64,000 nt of DNA from an uncultured bacterium (GTDB lineage Bacteria > Acidobacteriota > DATKUA01), in contig CBFCZO010000004.1 in NCBI GenBank assembly GCA_965602675.1, positions 6,512 to 70,511 of the forward strand. The letters run 5' to 3'. The translations under genes were made by a program, and so were the position numbers. Position 1 is the first letter of the stretch. Each line of letters starts with the position of its first letter. Shown here piece after piece: positions 22,016-31,412 of the stretch. A model generated the notes under the pieces. It was given only the letters and a program-made list of their open reading frames with translations. It ran no database searches and was not told where the DNA came from.

Positions 22016-22423
22016 TCAGCTTTTGGCGCTGAACCTCTCCAGGTCGAGGATCAGCTCCACTTCCCCGCAGGGAATATTAAGGTCGCGCGCAATCGTATCC
22101 GCGCTCAGCCCTTGGCGGGCCAGAAACAAAATATCTTCCTTCACTTTCTGCGGATCGAGGCGCACCCCGCCGTCCTTGGCGCGTTCTCGCGTGGTCTCGC
22201 GATCGGTCGTGGCGCTCAGCCTCTCGGAAAGCACGCGCTGGCGGTGGGCGAGCCCGTGAAACTGCTCCAGCACCCTGCGCTGCGCCGCGCCGATCTGCTC
22301 CAGCTCGTGTAAAAGACCCTCCTGGCGCTCCGACAGCGAGCGAACGCGCCACAACAGCGCCAGCGCCAGCGCGGCGGAACCCGCCGCCAGTATCATGGAG
22401 ATTACAATCAGGAAGATCTGCAT
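22016..22423 (-). CDS. Small N-terminally membrane-anchored protein with a coiled coil and a C-terminal HTH-like motif (135 aa).
   Basis: TM IFLIVISMILAAGSAALALALLW, then a helical region, then LSADTIARDLNIPCGEVELIL. Embedded in the flagellar operon. Confidence 0.4.
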   Translation of the reverse strand: MQIFLIVISMILAAGSAALALALLWRVRSLSERQEGLLHELEQIGAAQRRVLEQFHGLAHRQRVLSERLSATTDRETTRERAKDGGVRLDPQKVKEDILFLARQGLSADTIARDLNIPCGEVELILDLERFSAKS

Positions 22424-22433
22424 TTAGAACCGA

Positions 22434-23327
22434 TCAGCTGGCAAACATCGCATTGACGAAGCTTTCCACCTTCTCAACCTCCTCGTCGAGAGAAGCGGAA
22501 AAGCGATCGAAATCGAGGGTCTCCAGGAGATGGTTGTGCTCGCTCAGCTTCTGCCAGGCTTCGTCGGAGCGCATCTCGACAACCACCTCCGGCTCACCGC
22601 TGATTCCGATACCATGCTTGCGGCAGAGCAATGCCGCCAGCCGCACAACACACGTCACCTCGCCGTACTCGGTGGCCTGCCTGGGATTCTCGTTGAAGGC
22701 GATTACCTCCTCGAGCAGGCGCGGCAGACGCCAGCGCACTGCTAGGCGCTGACCGACATCCGTGTGAGTAAAACCCAAAACCTCTTCCTCCGCCTCGCTT
22801 AGAGGTATCCCCCGCTCGTGCGCATTGTGGATCGCCTCCTCGAAGAGCAGAGGACGGTAACTCGCCAGGACTATCTTGCCGATGTCGTGCACCAGCCCCG
22901 CCAGAAAGGCTTCCTGGTAGAATTGGTAATCGAGCAGGGAGGAGAGAGTGCGGCTGATGTTGCCCGTGGCCACGGAGAACTGCCAGAAACCCTCGAAGGG
23001 GAAGCGCTCGATCTTGGAGTGCCGCCCGAAGGCGGTGATGATCGACGTCCCATAAACAAGATTCTTGGTTGCATCCAGACCAAGCACCACGATCGCCTGC
23101 CGGATCGAGTTTATCTCGCGGAAGAAGGAATAATACGCGGAGTTGACGATGCGCAGCAGCCGGGTGGAGATCACCGGGTCGGTGGAAATCGCCTCCTCGA
23201 CCTTGGCGATCGAGATGTTGGGGTCGCTGGTAAGCTCGATGATCTTCTTGATCACCTCGGGCAGCGTGGAAAGGTCCCGCACCCCCCTGATGAACTTGTC
23301 GACCTTCTTGAGGCGTTCCTCTTCCAT
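22434..23327 (-). CDS. HDOD domain protein.
   Basis: LSTLPEVIKKIIELTSDPNISIAKVEEAISTDPVISTRLLRIVNSAYY and later HDIGKIVL (degenerate HD motif), typical of HDOD. Confidence 0.85.
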   Translation of the reverse strand: MEEERLKKVDKFIRGVRDLSTLPEVIKKIIELTSDPNISIAKVEEAISTDPVISTRLLRIVNSAYYSFFREINSIRQAIVVLGLDATKNLVYGTSIITAFGRHSKIERFPFEGFWQFSVATGNISRTLSSLLDYQFYQEAFLAGLVHDIGKIVLASYRPLLFEEAIHNAHERGIPLSEAEEEVLGFTHTDVGQRLAVRWRLPRLLEEVIAFNENPRQATEYGEVTCVVRLAALLCRKHGIGISGEPEVVVEMRSDEAWQKLSEHNHLLETLDFDRFSASLDEEVEKVESFVNAMFAS

Positions 23328-23354
23328 CGCTTCTCCCGTGAAAGCGACATCGGC

Positions 23355-24206
23355 TCAGAATTCGAAAATATCCCTGTCCTCATCCAACAGGTCCGAGACG
23401 TACTGAACCATCTCATCCAGCTTGTCCCCGCCAAGCTCCAGAATCTCGACAGCCTCCGTCTCTTTCAGTTCCTGGGCCGGCCTCCTTATCGGACCGATAC
23501 CCAGCTTATTGGACATAGCGTTGGCGAAAGACACCACCGCCGTGAGGTACTGGTTGTGCTCGGCGTAAAAAGGCGTGTGGTGATGCAGCACAGCCTCTTC
23601 AAGCTCCGGAGAGAAATTCCATTTGTGCAGCACCAACGCCCCCACCTGTGTGTGGTCGAAGCCGAGGACTTCCTGCTCGTACGGAATGAAGTCGCTACCT
23701 GTATTATAGACCTCTTCGATGATGGTCTGGTATTGCTGACTGAAATTCACGTTGAGAACACTCTTGCCGAGGTCATGCAGCAGCGCGGCGATAAAAGCCT
23801 TCTCAACGTCTGCCACGCCCAGTATCTCCGCGCTCCTGCGGGCGATCACTGCGCTCGCGAGCGAATGCTCCCACAACAGCTTGGTGCTGAACATCTGCGT
23901 GCTCGGCCCCCTGGAGTAGATCGACTTCGACGACGCCGCCAGCACTATCGACCTGATCGTCGAGAATCCCAGAATCACGATGGCATGGGAAAGCGTTGTG
24001 ATGTCGCGGGAGACCCCGAACATGGCGGAGTTGGCAATCTTCAGCACCTTCACTGTGAGAGCCTGGTCGCGCGAGATCATATCCTGCAGCTGGTTCGCAG
24101 ACGTCGAGGGGTCACCGATCATGCCCATGATCCTGACCGCGACAATCGGCATCGCGGGCAAATCGCCCACGCGCGCAATCAGCGTTTCCAGCTCGTCCTG
24201 GCTCAT
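23355..24206 (-). CDS. HDOD domain protein, second tandem copy.
   Basis: LPAMPIVAVRIMGMIGDPSTSANQLQDMISRDQALTVKVLKIANSAMFG and LHDLGKSVL. Paralogous to 22434-23327. Confidence 0.85.
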   Translation of the reverse strand: MSQDELETLIARVGDLPAMPIVAVRIMGMIGDPSTSANQLQDMISRDQALTVKVLKIANSAMFGVSRDITTLSHAIVILGFSTIRSIVLAASSKSIYSRGPSTQMFSTKLLWEHSLASAVIARRSAEILGVADVEKAFIAALLHDLGKSVLNVNFSQQYQTIIEEVYNTGSDFIPYEQEVLGFDHTQVGALVLHKWNFSPELEEAVLHHHTPFYAEHNQYLTAVVSFANAMSNKLGIGPIRRPAQELKETEAVEILELGGDKLDEMVQYVSDLLDEDRDIFEF

Positions 24207-24270
24207 CCCATCCCCTCAGATTTCTGAAGATCTCAAGGCTAACAAGGCGATTGCGCCCTGGATTACAAGA

Positions 24271-25236
24271 CTAACCGAGAGATTGAATTCGGTCCGACTT
24301 ACTTTGCACTTCCGTCACGCGAAAGGCGAAATTACCCTCCACAACAACCACCTCGCCCGACGCGATCATTTTATTGTTCACCAGCAGTTCCACCGGCTCA
24401 TCCACCGACTTGTTGAGCTCGATTATCGATCCCGGCCCAAGCCTGACGATCTCCTGGAGGGTCATCTCCGCCTTGCCCAGCCTGATTACTATCGGCAACT
24501 CAAGATCGAGAATCAGCCCGACATTGCCAGGCCCCGCCTCCGCTTCCGCGGCTTCAGGCTGCTGGGCAGCAGCCTTTTGAGCCTCCTGCTCAGCCTCGGC
24601 GGCCGTCTCGGCCATCGCCGCCGCCACTGGATCCTCCTCCACTGCGACGGCAGCGGGGGCCGCCTCGAACGCGCCGGCCTCAGCCTCCACCAGATCCTCC
24701 CTCAGCGAGGAAAAGGTCTCCTCGGGAATGCAGAGCGCCAACGTACCGGCTTCCTCGCCGCCGAACTTCAGCGACATGGCCACGCGCAACTGCTTCTCGT
24801 CGCCAAGCAGGAGGTTGAGATCGATATTGGGCTCAAGTGCGTGGACCTCTACCTGCGAGAAGCCCACCGGGCCCTCGTAACGCTCCCTCATTCCGGTTGC
24901 CGAAACGCCGAGTAACTGGTTGATCACCTCTTTAAGGGCATCCTTCGACTCCTCGTTCATCGGACGATCGTCCGCGCCCTCGCCCCCGAGCATCATGTCC
25001 ACTAATATGCTGACCAGCTTTGCCGCTATCACGAAGTACATCGACCCGCTGGGCCCTTCCGTAAAGGTTGTTGTGATCAGAACCATCGACTCGGGATAGG
25101 CGATCGGAGACCACTCTTCGATCTCGTCGACGGCGACCTCCACCTCTTTCGGTAGAAGCATCGGCAGCACCGATGACGTGCTCTCCTGAAACAGCCCACC
25201 TACCTCCGTCAGCAACTCTTTGTCTTTATCTTCCAT
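24271..25236 (-). CDS. fliY: Flagellar motor switch protein FliY (CheC-like N-terminal domain plus C-terminal FliN/SpoA domain).
   Basis: C-terminal LELPIVIRLGKAEMTLQEIVRLGPGSIIELNKSVDEPVELLVNNKMIASGEVVVVEGNFAFRVTEV is a FliN domain. The N-terminal 190 aa are CheC/FliY-like. An Ala/Glu-rich linker joins them. Confidence 0.85.
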   Translation of the reverse strand: MEDKDKELLTEVGGLFQESTSSVLPMLLPKEVEVAVDEIEEWSPIAYPESMVLITTTFTEGPSGSMYFVIAAKLVSILVDMMLGGEGADDRPMNEESKDALKEVINQLLGVSATGMRERYEGPVGFSQVEVHALEPNIDLNLLLGDEKQLRVAMSLKFGGEEAGTLALCIPEETFSSLREDLVEAEAGAFEAAPAAVAVEEDPVAAAMAETAAEAEQEAQKAAAQQPEAAEAEAGPGNVGLILDLELPIVIRLGKAEMTLQEIVRLGPGSIIELNKSVDEPVELLVNNKMIASGEVVVVEGNFAFRVTEVQSKSDRIQSLG

Positions 25237-25258
25237 CTAAACCTCCCCGCGCCGCGGG

Positions 25259-26272
25259 CTATTCGCCGCGCTCGGAGCCGGAGATCCTCTCCTTAACCAC
25301 GAAGCAGCGCTGGCCGGCCTTGTTCACGACCGCTCCGGTAAGCTTGGGTATCCCGTTGACTGAGAGAGAAGCATTGCTCTTTTGATCGTACTCCAGGATC
25401 AGAAGATCACCCCTCCTGAGGTTCACCAGATCGTTGACGCTGACCATCGTGCCGGGGATCTCGGCGCTGACATCCTGCTTCGCATCCAGCAGGTGGTGCT
25501 TCATGCGAATAATGTCGTCGGGATCAATGCTGCGAGGCCCTCCGGAGGAGTACTCTTGGTCGAACTTGCCGGTGATCGGCTCGATTAGCGATGTCGGCAC
25601 GCAGAAGTTCATCAATCCCGAGACTTCGCCGATCTTGACTTCAAACACCACCAGCACCACCACCTCGTTTGGTGCCACGATCTGCACAAGCTGGGGGCTC
25701 GTCTCACGCGCCTCCACCTTCATCTCCACCTCGATCGTCTGGAGCCAGATATCCATCAGGTCTTCCAGCGCCAGCTTGATCACCCCTTCGATGATGTTCT
25801 GCTCGATCTCCGTTATGCTGCGGTCAATCTCCAGGGGCATGCCGGGGCCGCCAAGCAGCTTGTCAATCATCGGAAAAGCCAGTGACGGGCTCAGCTCCAG
25901 CGCGGCATTGCCCTCCAGCGGCTTCATGCTGATCGCATTGAACGACGTGGGATCGGGTAGCGAGAGCAGGAACTCGGCATACGAAAGCTGCTCGACGCTG
26001 ACCAGGTTCACCTCAGTTATCGTGCGGAGGTAGGCAGACAGCGAGGCGCTGAAGTTGCGGGCAAAGCGGTCGTGCATGAAGTGCAGCGAGCGCAGCTGCT
26101 CCTTACTGATGCGCTCCGGGCGGCGGAAGTTGTAAATGATGAATTTTCTCGACGGCGCTGCCCGCTCGGGAGCGTGGACGTCCTCCTCGACTTCCGGCAG
26201 CGCACCTTCATCGCCGTCGGCTACAGCCTCCAATAAGGCATCAACTTCTTCCTGCGTTAATATCTTTGCCAT
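25259..26272 (-). CDS. fliM: Flagellar motor switch protein FliM.
   Basis: MAKILTQEEVDALL (CheY-P binding LSQxEIDALL-type N-terminus) and a FliM middle domain. C-terminal SpoA-like segment. Confidence 0.92.
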   Translation of the reverse strand: MAKILTQEEVDALLEAVADGDEGALPEVEEDVHAPERAAPSRKFIIYNFRRPERISKEQLRSLHFMHDRFARNFSASLSAYLRTITEVNLVSVEQLSYAEFLLSLPDPTSFNAISMKPLEGNAALELSPSLAFPMIDKLLGGPGMPLEIDRSITEIEQNIIEGVIKLALEDLMDIWLQTIEVEMKVEARETSPQLVQIVAPNEVVVLVVFEVKIGEVSGLMNFCVPTSLIEPITGKFDQEYSSGGPRSIDPDDIIRMKHHLLDAKQDVSAEIPGTMVSVNDLVNLRRGDLLILEYDQKSNASLSVNGIPKLTGAVVNKAGQRCFVVKERISGSERGE

Positions 26273-26276
26273 GGCT

Positions 26277-27002
26277 CTACTTCCCGCTCAAATCGGCCTC
26301 CATCCGGCCCCGCAGCCTCAGCACAGCCTTCGAGTGCAACTGGCTTACGCGTGACTCGGTTATCCCCAGCACCGCGCCGACCTCCTTCATCGTCAGGCCC
26401 TCGTAATAATACAGGCTCAACACAAGCCTCTCTTTCTCGGGCAGCTTGTCGATGCCCGAGGCCAGCAGCCTCTGCAGCTCAAGCTTCTCCATGATGAAAG
26501 AAGGCGAGTTTTCCTTGCGATCCGGTATATATTCTACCAGATTCTCTTCGCCATCCTTGGTGACCGCGTCCATCGAACCGATCTGAATCCCACGCAAATT
26601 GTCAAGCAGCGAATGGAACGCCTTCAAGCCGATCTGCAGCTCGGTCGCAACCTCCTCGTCGGTCGCGCTGCGTCCCAGCTCGCTCTCCAGCTTTCTATAA
26701 GCCCGCTCAAGCTCGCGCTGCCGCCGCCTATAAGAGCGCGGAACCCAGTCGAGCTCGCGCAACCCGTCGAGAATCGCACCCCGGATGCGAAGCTCGGCGT
26801 AAGTCTTGAACTTGACGCCGCGGCTCTTGTCGAACTTATCGACGGCATCCATTAACCCGATGATACCATAGTTGATCAGGTCATCGAGCTCGACGTGGCT
26901 GGGCAGGCGGTTGAGGATGCGCATCGCGATGTACTTGACCAGCGGCAGATAGTTGACGATCTGCTGCTCGCGTTGCTGCTCGAGATATTGCTCGCCCAAC
27001 AA
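26277..27002 (-). CDS. fliA: Flagellar sigma factor sigma-28 (FliA/WhiG).
   Basis: Sigma-70 region 2 (YLPLVKYIAMRILNRLPSHVELDDLINYGIIGLMDAVDKFD), region 3 and region 4 HTH (LTMKEVGAVLGITESRVSQLH). Confidence 0.9.
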   Translation of the reverse strand: MLGEQYLEQQREQQIVNYLPLVKYIAMRILNRLPSHVELDDLINYGIIGLMDAVDKFDKSRGVKFKTYAELRIRGAILDGLRELDWVPRSYRRRQRELERAYRKLESELGRSATDEEVATELQIGLKAFHSLLDNLRGIQIGSMDAVTKDGEENLVEYIPDRKENSPSFIMEKLELQRLLASGIDKLPEKERLVLSLYYYEGLTMKEVGAVLGITESRVSQLHSKAVLRLRGRMEADLSGK

Positions 27003-27013
27003 CTACCCACACC

Positions 27014-27901
27014 TCAACCGGCGGCGGAGCCGCCCAGCACATTCATCAAACGCTCCCAAAAGCTCGGAGACTTGCTGGAGACGCCGGAACTTGAAACCAG
27101 CTTGCGCGCCAGCGCGGAGACGCAGCGGCTCGCGGGGCTGTTCGGATACTGAATGATAAATGGGCGCTGGCGGCGTACCGCTTTGCGAACGCTGTCATCT
27201 TCCATCACATACCCGAAATACTCTATCTTCACACGCTGGAAGCGATGCAGCGTCGTGGAGATTCTCTCGTAAACGCCCAGCGCCTCCTCCTCGTCCCGCA
27301 CCGAGTTCACCACCAGCTTTACGCGCGCATTACGCTGCTCGCTGAGCAGATGCTTGATCAGCGCATATGAATCGACGAACGCAGGCGGCTCGGGGTTGGT
27401 TATCACGATCACATAAGTGGCGGAGCGCAGGATGTTGATCACGTTGTCGGAGATACCGGCCGCCGTGTCGATCAACAGGTGCTGGAAATGCTTCTCCATC
27501 ACCTGCAGCGCGTTGAACAGCTTGTTCTGCTGCTCCGACGACAACTGAGCGAGATCCTGCATCCCCGAAGCGGCGGGCACTACCTTGATCCCCCCAGGTC
27601 CCTCCACGATGATTTCGCCGATACCGCGCTCGCCGCTGAGAACGTGCTCGATCGTGAAGCGCGGGCTGAACCCGAGCAGCACGTCGATGTTGGCCAGGGC
27701 GTAATCGGCGTCGATCACCGCCACCCGCCTGCCAAGCAGAGAAAGCGCTATCGCGAGATTCGCTGTTACGTTGGTCTTGCCCACCCCGCCTTTGCCACCG
27801 GTGATGGCGATCGAAACCGCCCGGCCCAAGCCGCCGGCTTCCCGAGTCGACTCCTGCTCCACCATCTGACGGAGCCGCGATGCCTGGTCCACGATGCTCA
27901 T
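27014..27901 (-). CDS. flhG: MinD/ParA-type flagellar number regulator FlhG (FleN).
   Basis: Deviant Walker A GGKGGVGKT. The N-terminal DQASRLRQM activator-helix region is typical of FlhG. Sits between flhF and fliA. Confidence 0.88.
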   Translation of the reverse strand: MSIVDQASRLRQMVEQESTREAGGLGRAVSIAITGGKGGVGKTNVTANLAIALSLLGRRVAVIDADYALANIDVLLGFSPRFTIEHVLSGERGIGEIIVEGPGGIKVVPAASGMQDLAQLSSEQQNKLFNALQVMEKHFQHLLIDTAAGISDNVINILRSATYVIVITNPEPPAFVDSYALIKHLLSEQRNARVKLVVNSVRDEEEALGVYERISTTLHRFQRVKIEYFGYVMEDDSVRKAVRRQRPFIIQYPNSPASRCVSALARKLVSSSGVSSKSPSFWERLMNVLGGSAAG

Positions 27902-27917
27902 AAATCCCTCGCGCTCA

Positions 27918-29132
27918 TCAGGCCGATCCCAGAAGCATTCTGGCCAGCTTGGTTGGGTTGGCGGCCTCGATGTCGTCGGGCACGTTCTGGCCCGTGGTGA
28001 AGTAGGCTATCGGTAGCTTGGTCCGCACCGTCTCGTTGACCACCGGCCCGTACGTCGTCGTCTCATCGAGCTTGGTGAATAACAGCTTTTTAGGGCCGAT
28101 AGGGCAGAAGCGGTCGGTGATCTCACACAGATCCCGGTTCTTCGTGGTCGCCGAAAGCACAAGCATTACCTCGACCTCGGGATCGTCGGCAAAGTAAGAC
28201 TTGAGGTCCTTTACCTGCTCGTCGTCCGCCTGGCTGCGGCCGGCCGTGTCGATCAGGATGAGCGATGCGTCGTGGTTGTCGGCGATCGCCTTGCGCATCT
28301 CCTCGGGGCTGTAACTGACAAACAGCGGTATGTTCATGATGCGCGCGTAAGTCTTGAGCTGCTCGACCGCGGCGATCCTGTATGTATCGATGGTAATCAG
28401 GCACACCTTTCGCTTCATCTGAAGGCTGCAGCGGGCGGCGAGCTTGGCGATGGTGGTTGTCTTGCCCACCCCGGTCGGACCGATGAAGGCAAGCACCGAG
28501 GGGCGGCCGCCGTTGAGGGCGATCGGCTTGCCGGCTGGCATGACGTCAGTAATTAGCCCCACCAGGCGCTCCCGGGCAAGGGATATATCTGCCCGCTCCT
28601 CCTCCTGCAGAAGGCCGTTCAACGCCTCAATCAGGTTGTAGCTGATGCTCTCCTCCAGTTCGTTGCCCACCAGGTCGCGGTAAAGGTGCAGCAGGGTCTC
28701 GTCGAAATCAAGTTCCTCGGTCAGGCCCGCGCGGCGAGAGAGCACGTTGAACATACGCTTCAGATCGCGCATCTCCTCGCGCAGCGGTTCGATGTCGGAG
28801 CTCACATGGTTGCGGCGCATCTCGTCGACAAGCGAACGGATGGCAAACAACTCCTGCTTCAAAGGCTCGATGCTCTGGCTGAGAAGCATCCGGTTCTTGA
28901 CGATCTGTTCCTCGATATCGCCGGCGGTGTAAGCCCTCTCCGCCTTCTCCGTCCTCTCGGCCCTCTTCACTGGTGGGGCATCGTCGGCGGCGGCGGTGAC
29001 CTCCACGAACCGGCGCCCCAACCGGCCGCTCATCTCCCGGGTGGATATTATCAAAGCGTTCTCACCCATCTCGCGGCGAATCTGCGCCAACGCATCCTTG
29101 ATCGTCGAAGCCGTATACTTCTTTACCCGCAT
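27918..29132 (-). CDS. flhF: Flagellar SRP-like GTPase FlhF.
   Basis: N-terminal B-domain, then NG domain with GPTGVGKTTTIAKLAA, DTAGR and TKLDET motifs. Confidence 0.9.
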   Translation of the reverse strand: MRVKKYTASTIKDALAQIRREMGENALIISTREMSGRLGRRFVEVTAAADDAPPVKRAERTEKAERAYTAGDIEEQIVKNRMLLSQSIEPLKQELFAIRSLVDEMRRNHVSSDIEPLREEMRDLKRMFNVLSRRAGLTEELDFDETLLHLYRDLVGNELEESISYNLIEALNGLLQEEERADISLARERLVGLITDVMPAGKPIALNGGRPSVLAFIGPTGVGKTTTIAKLAARCSLQMKRKVCLITIDTYRIAAVEQLKTYARIMNIPLFVSYSPEEMRKAIADNHDASLILIDTAGRSQADDEQVKDLKSYFADDPEVEVMLVLSATTKNRDLCEITDRFCPIGPKKLLFTKLDETTTYGPVVNETVRTKLPIAYFTTGQNVPDDIEAANPTKLARMLLGSA

Positions 29133-29278
29133 CTTTTTTTCCCGTTGCGGCCGATTTCGCTGAAACTACGGGGTACCTGCAAGTACTTCATTATAACAGA
29201 TTTTTCCCCTTCTTACATCTCTGTGAAGGCTCTCAAAACGACTCTATGGGGCGTGATTTGCGAGTCCCTCGAGGGGCC

Positions 29279-30355
29279 TCATGCGGGGACCTTGTTGCGA
29301 AGTTTGTAGACGTAGGCCAGCACCTCTGCGACCGCCTTGTAGAGATCGGGCGGGACAAGATCGCCGACCTCGCAGGTGCGGTAAAGGGCTTGAGCCAAAG
29401 CCTGATTCTCGACCAGAGGAACCTTGTTCTCCTCCGCGATTTCCCTGATGCGCTCAGCCAGATGACCCCTTCCCCTGGCGATCACCTCTGGGGCAGGCTT
29501 TGCCTCAGCATTGTAGGCCAGCGCCACAGCAAAGTGAGTCGGATTGGTTATCACAACGTCGGCGCGAGGAACCTCGGCCATCATCCGGCGGCGAGCCATC
29601 TGGTACTGGAGGGTCCTGATCCGGCGCTTGATCATCGGATCACCCTCGGTCATCTTCATCTCGTCCTTCACCTCCCGGCGCGTCATCTTGAGGTCCTTTG
29701 AGAAGCGGTGTTGCGTCCAGGCGAGATCTATTATCGCCACGATGATGAACAGCAACAGGATCTTGAACAACGCCGCGAAGATGAAATTGGCCGCATACTC
29801 GACAGCCTGCGGCAACGGCGCCATCATCAACCCCGGAAGGTGCGGAAGCTCCGCCATCAGCGTATCCCACGTCATCCAAACGACTATCAGAACGATCAGC
29901 AGCGTACGCAGGAAATTAACCGCGGCCGATGGGCTCATCAGCATCCGCTTCAGGCCCTCGACCGGATTGAACTTGTTGGGCTTGAACTCGAACGGCTTGA
30001 AAGATATATTCCAGCCGCCCTGCATCCACGTCGAGGCGAATATCGAGGTGATGAGCAAGGCCAGAAACAGCGGCCCCACTATCAACGCCAGGCTTCCGGC
30101 TATTTCCCAGAATAGCGTCGTTACCGAGGCTTCAGAGATCTGAGTCGTGCCGGCCGCGGCCAGCAGCCTCGAGGCGAGCCTGCCCAGCGCAACTGTTCCC
30201 AGCCCGCCAAACAGAAAAATAATCAGCAGCGCAACGGCGAAGGTCATGATGTTGGGAAATTCCCTGCTGCGCGGCAGCTTGCCCTCTTCCCGAGATTTCC
30301 GCCTCTTGCGAGGAGTCGCGGGTATCGTCTTTTCGGCTTTGTCTTCAGTGCCCAA
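29279..30355 (-). CDS. flhB: Flagellar type III export protein FlhB.
   Basis: 358 aa. N-terminal EDKAEKTIPATPRKRRKSREEGKLPRSREF, 4 TM helices, and a C-terminal domain with the NPTHFAVAL autocleavage site. Confidence 0.92.
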   Translation of the reverse strand: MGTEDKAEKTIPATPRKRRKSREEGKLPRSREFPNIMTFAVALLIIFLFGGLGTVALGRLASRLLAAAGTTQISEASVTTLFWEIAGSLALIVGPLFLALLITSIFASTWMQGGWNISFKPFEFKPNKFNPVEGLKRMLMSPSAAVNFLRTLLIVLIVVWMTWDTLMAELPHLPGLMMAPLPQAVEYAANFIFAALFKILLLFIIVAIIDLAWTQHRFSKDLKMTRREVKDEMKMTEGDPMIKRRIRTLQYQMARRRMMAEVPRADVVITNPTHFAVALAYNAEAKPAPEVIARGRGHLAERIREIAEENKVPLVENQALAQALYRTCEVGDLVPPDLYKAVAEVLAYVYKLRNKVPA

Positions 30356-30361
30356 TTTGCT

Positions 30362-31138
30362 CTACCCGAAAAAATTCAACAGACGGCTGATTTCGCCCAG
30401 AACCTTGCCCAACATGTATTCTACACCCCGGGGCATCGCGCGGAACGCCACGGCCAGCACCATCATGCCGAGCAGGATCTTTAGCGGGAATTGCAGCATC
30501 AGCATGTTGAACTGCCTGGCGGTCTTGGCCAGCACCGCTATGATGACCTCGATGAAGAAGATCGCCGCCAGCACAGGCGCGACCACCTGGAGGGCGAACA
30601 GAAAGATGTTCGAGCCCAGCCTGAGGAAAACGTCGGCGGCTTCCAGCCTTAGATTCATGCCCAGAGGCGCGATCGCCACGTAGCTCTGGCGGATGACCCC
30701 CATGAGAATGATGTGAAAATTCATGCTCAGCAGCAGCAGAAGCGTCACCAAGTTGTAGAAAGCCCCAAGTAGCGAGACGGTGATCTCGGCGGAGGGATCG
30801 AAAACATTAGCGATGCGCATGCCCATGTGGAATCCGATCAGCTCGCCGGCGAACTGGACCGCCGAGGAGATGGTTCTGCCCACCAGGCCGATGGCGATGC
30901 CGATCAGCAATTCCCCGCCGATGGCCAGCACCAGCGTCGGAGTATCGTTGGGAATCGGCGGGATGATCGCGATGACCGCCGGGAAAAAAAGCACCGCGGC
31001 GGCAATCGTCAGCGAAATCTTGATGATCGGAGGTATGGACGACGCGCTGAAGATCGGCGCGAAGGCGATTATCCCCGCCACCCGGAACAGGATCAGGATG
31101 AAACCCTGAATCTGCTGGATGGAGACAGCCAGGCTCAT
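30362..31138 (-). CDS. fliR: Flagellar export apparatus protein FliR.
   Basis: 258-aa polytopic membrane protein, FliR family, in the fliPQR-flhB arrangement. Confidence 0.88.
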   Translation of the reverse strand: MSLAVSIQQIQGFILILFRVAGIIAFAPIFSASSIPPIIKISLTIAAAVLFFPAVIAIIPPIPNDTPTLVLAIGGELLIGIAIGLVGRTISSAVQFAGELIGFHMGMRIANVFDPSAEITVSLLGAFYNLVTLLLLLSMNFHIILMGVIRQSYVAIAPLGMNLRLEAADVFLRLGSNIFLFALQVVAPVLAAIFFIEVIIAVLAKTARQFNMLMLQFPLKILLGMMVLAVAFRAMPRGVEYMLGKVLGEISRLLNFFG

Positions 31139-31140
31139 CG

Positions 31141-31410
31141 CTAGCGCACGTATAGGTGGAGTTGAGAGAATAATCGAGCCGTGAAGTCAGTCATCAACTG
31201 CATCATCCAGGGCAGCGCGATCAGCAGCACCACGAGCACCGCCACGATCTTGGGGATGAATGTCAGCGTCTGATCCTGGATTGAAGTCGCGGTCTGGAAG
31301 ATACTGATCAGCACACCGACCACCAGCCCTGCGATCAGCATCGGCGCCGCCACAAGCAGAAGCACCCTGATCGCCTCCGTGGCCACTCCCATTACCAGTT
31401 CTTGTGACAT
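31141..31410 (-). CDS. fliQ: Flagellar export apparatus protein FliQ.
   Basis: 89 aa, two TM helices. AIRVLLLVAAPMLIAGLVVGVLISIFQTATSIQDQTL is the canonical FliQ core. Confidence 0.9.
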   Translation of the reverse strand: MSQELVMGVATEAIRVLLLVAAPMLIAGLVVGVLISIFQTATSIQDQTLTFIPKIVAVLVVLLIALPWMMQLMTDFTARLFSQLHLYVR

Positions 31411-31412
31411 CG

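Noticed and set aside
22818-24227. 469-aa plus-strand ORF overlapping both HDOD genes.
   Set aside because: Antisense artefact of GC-rich coding DNA. The HDOD motifs on the minus strand are unambiguous.
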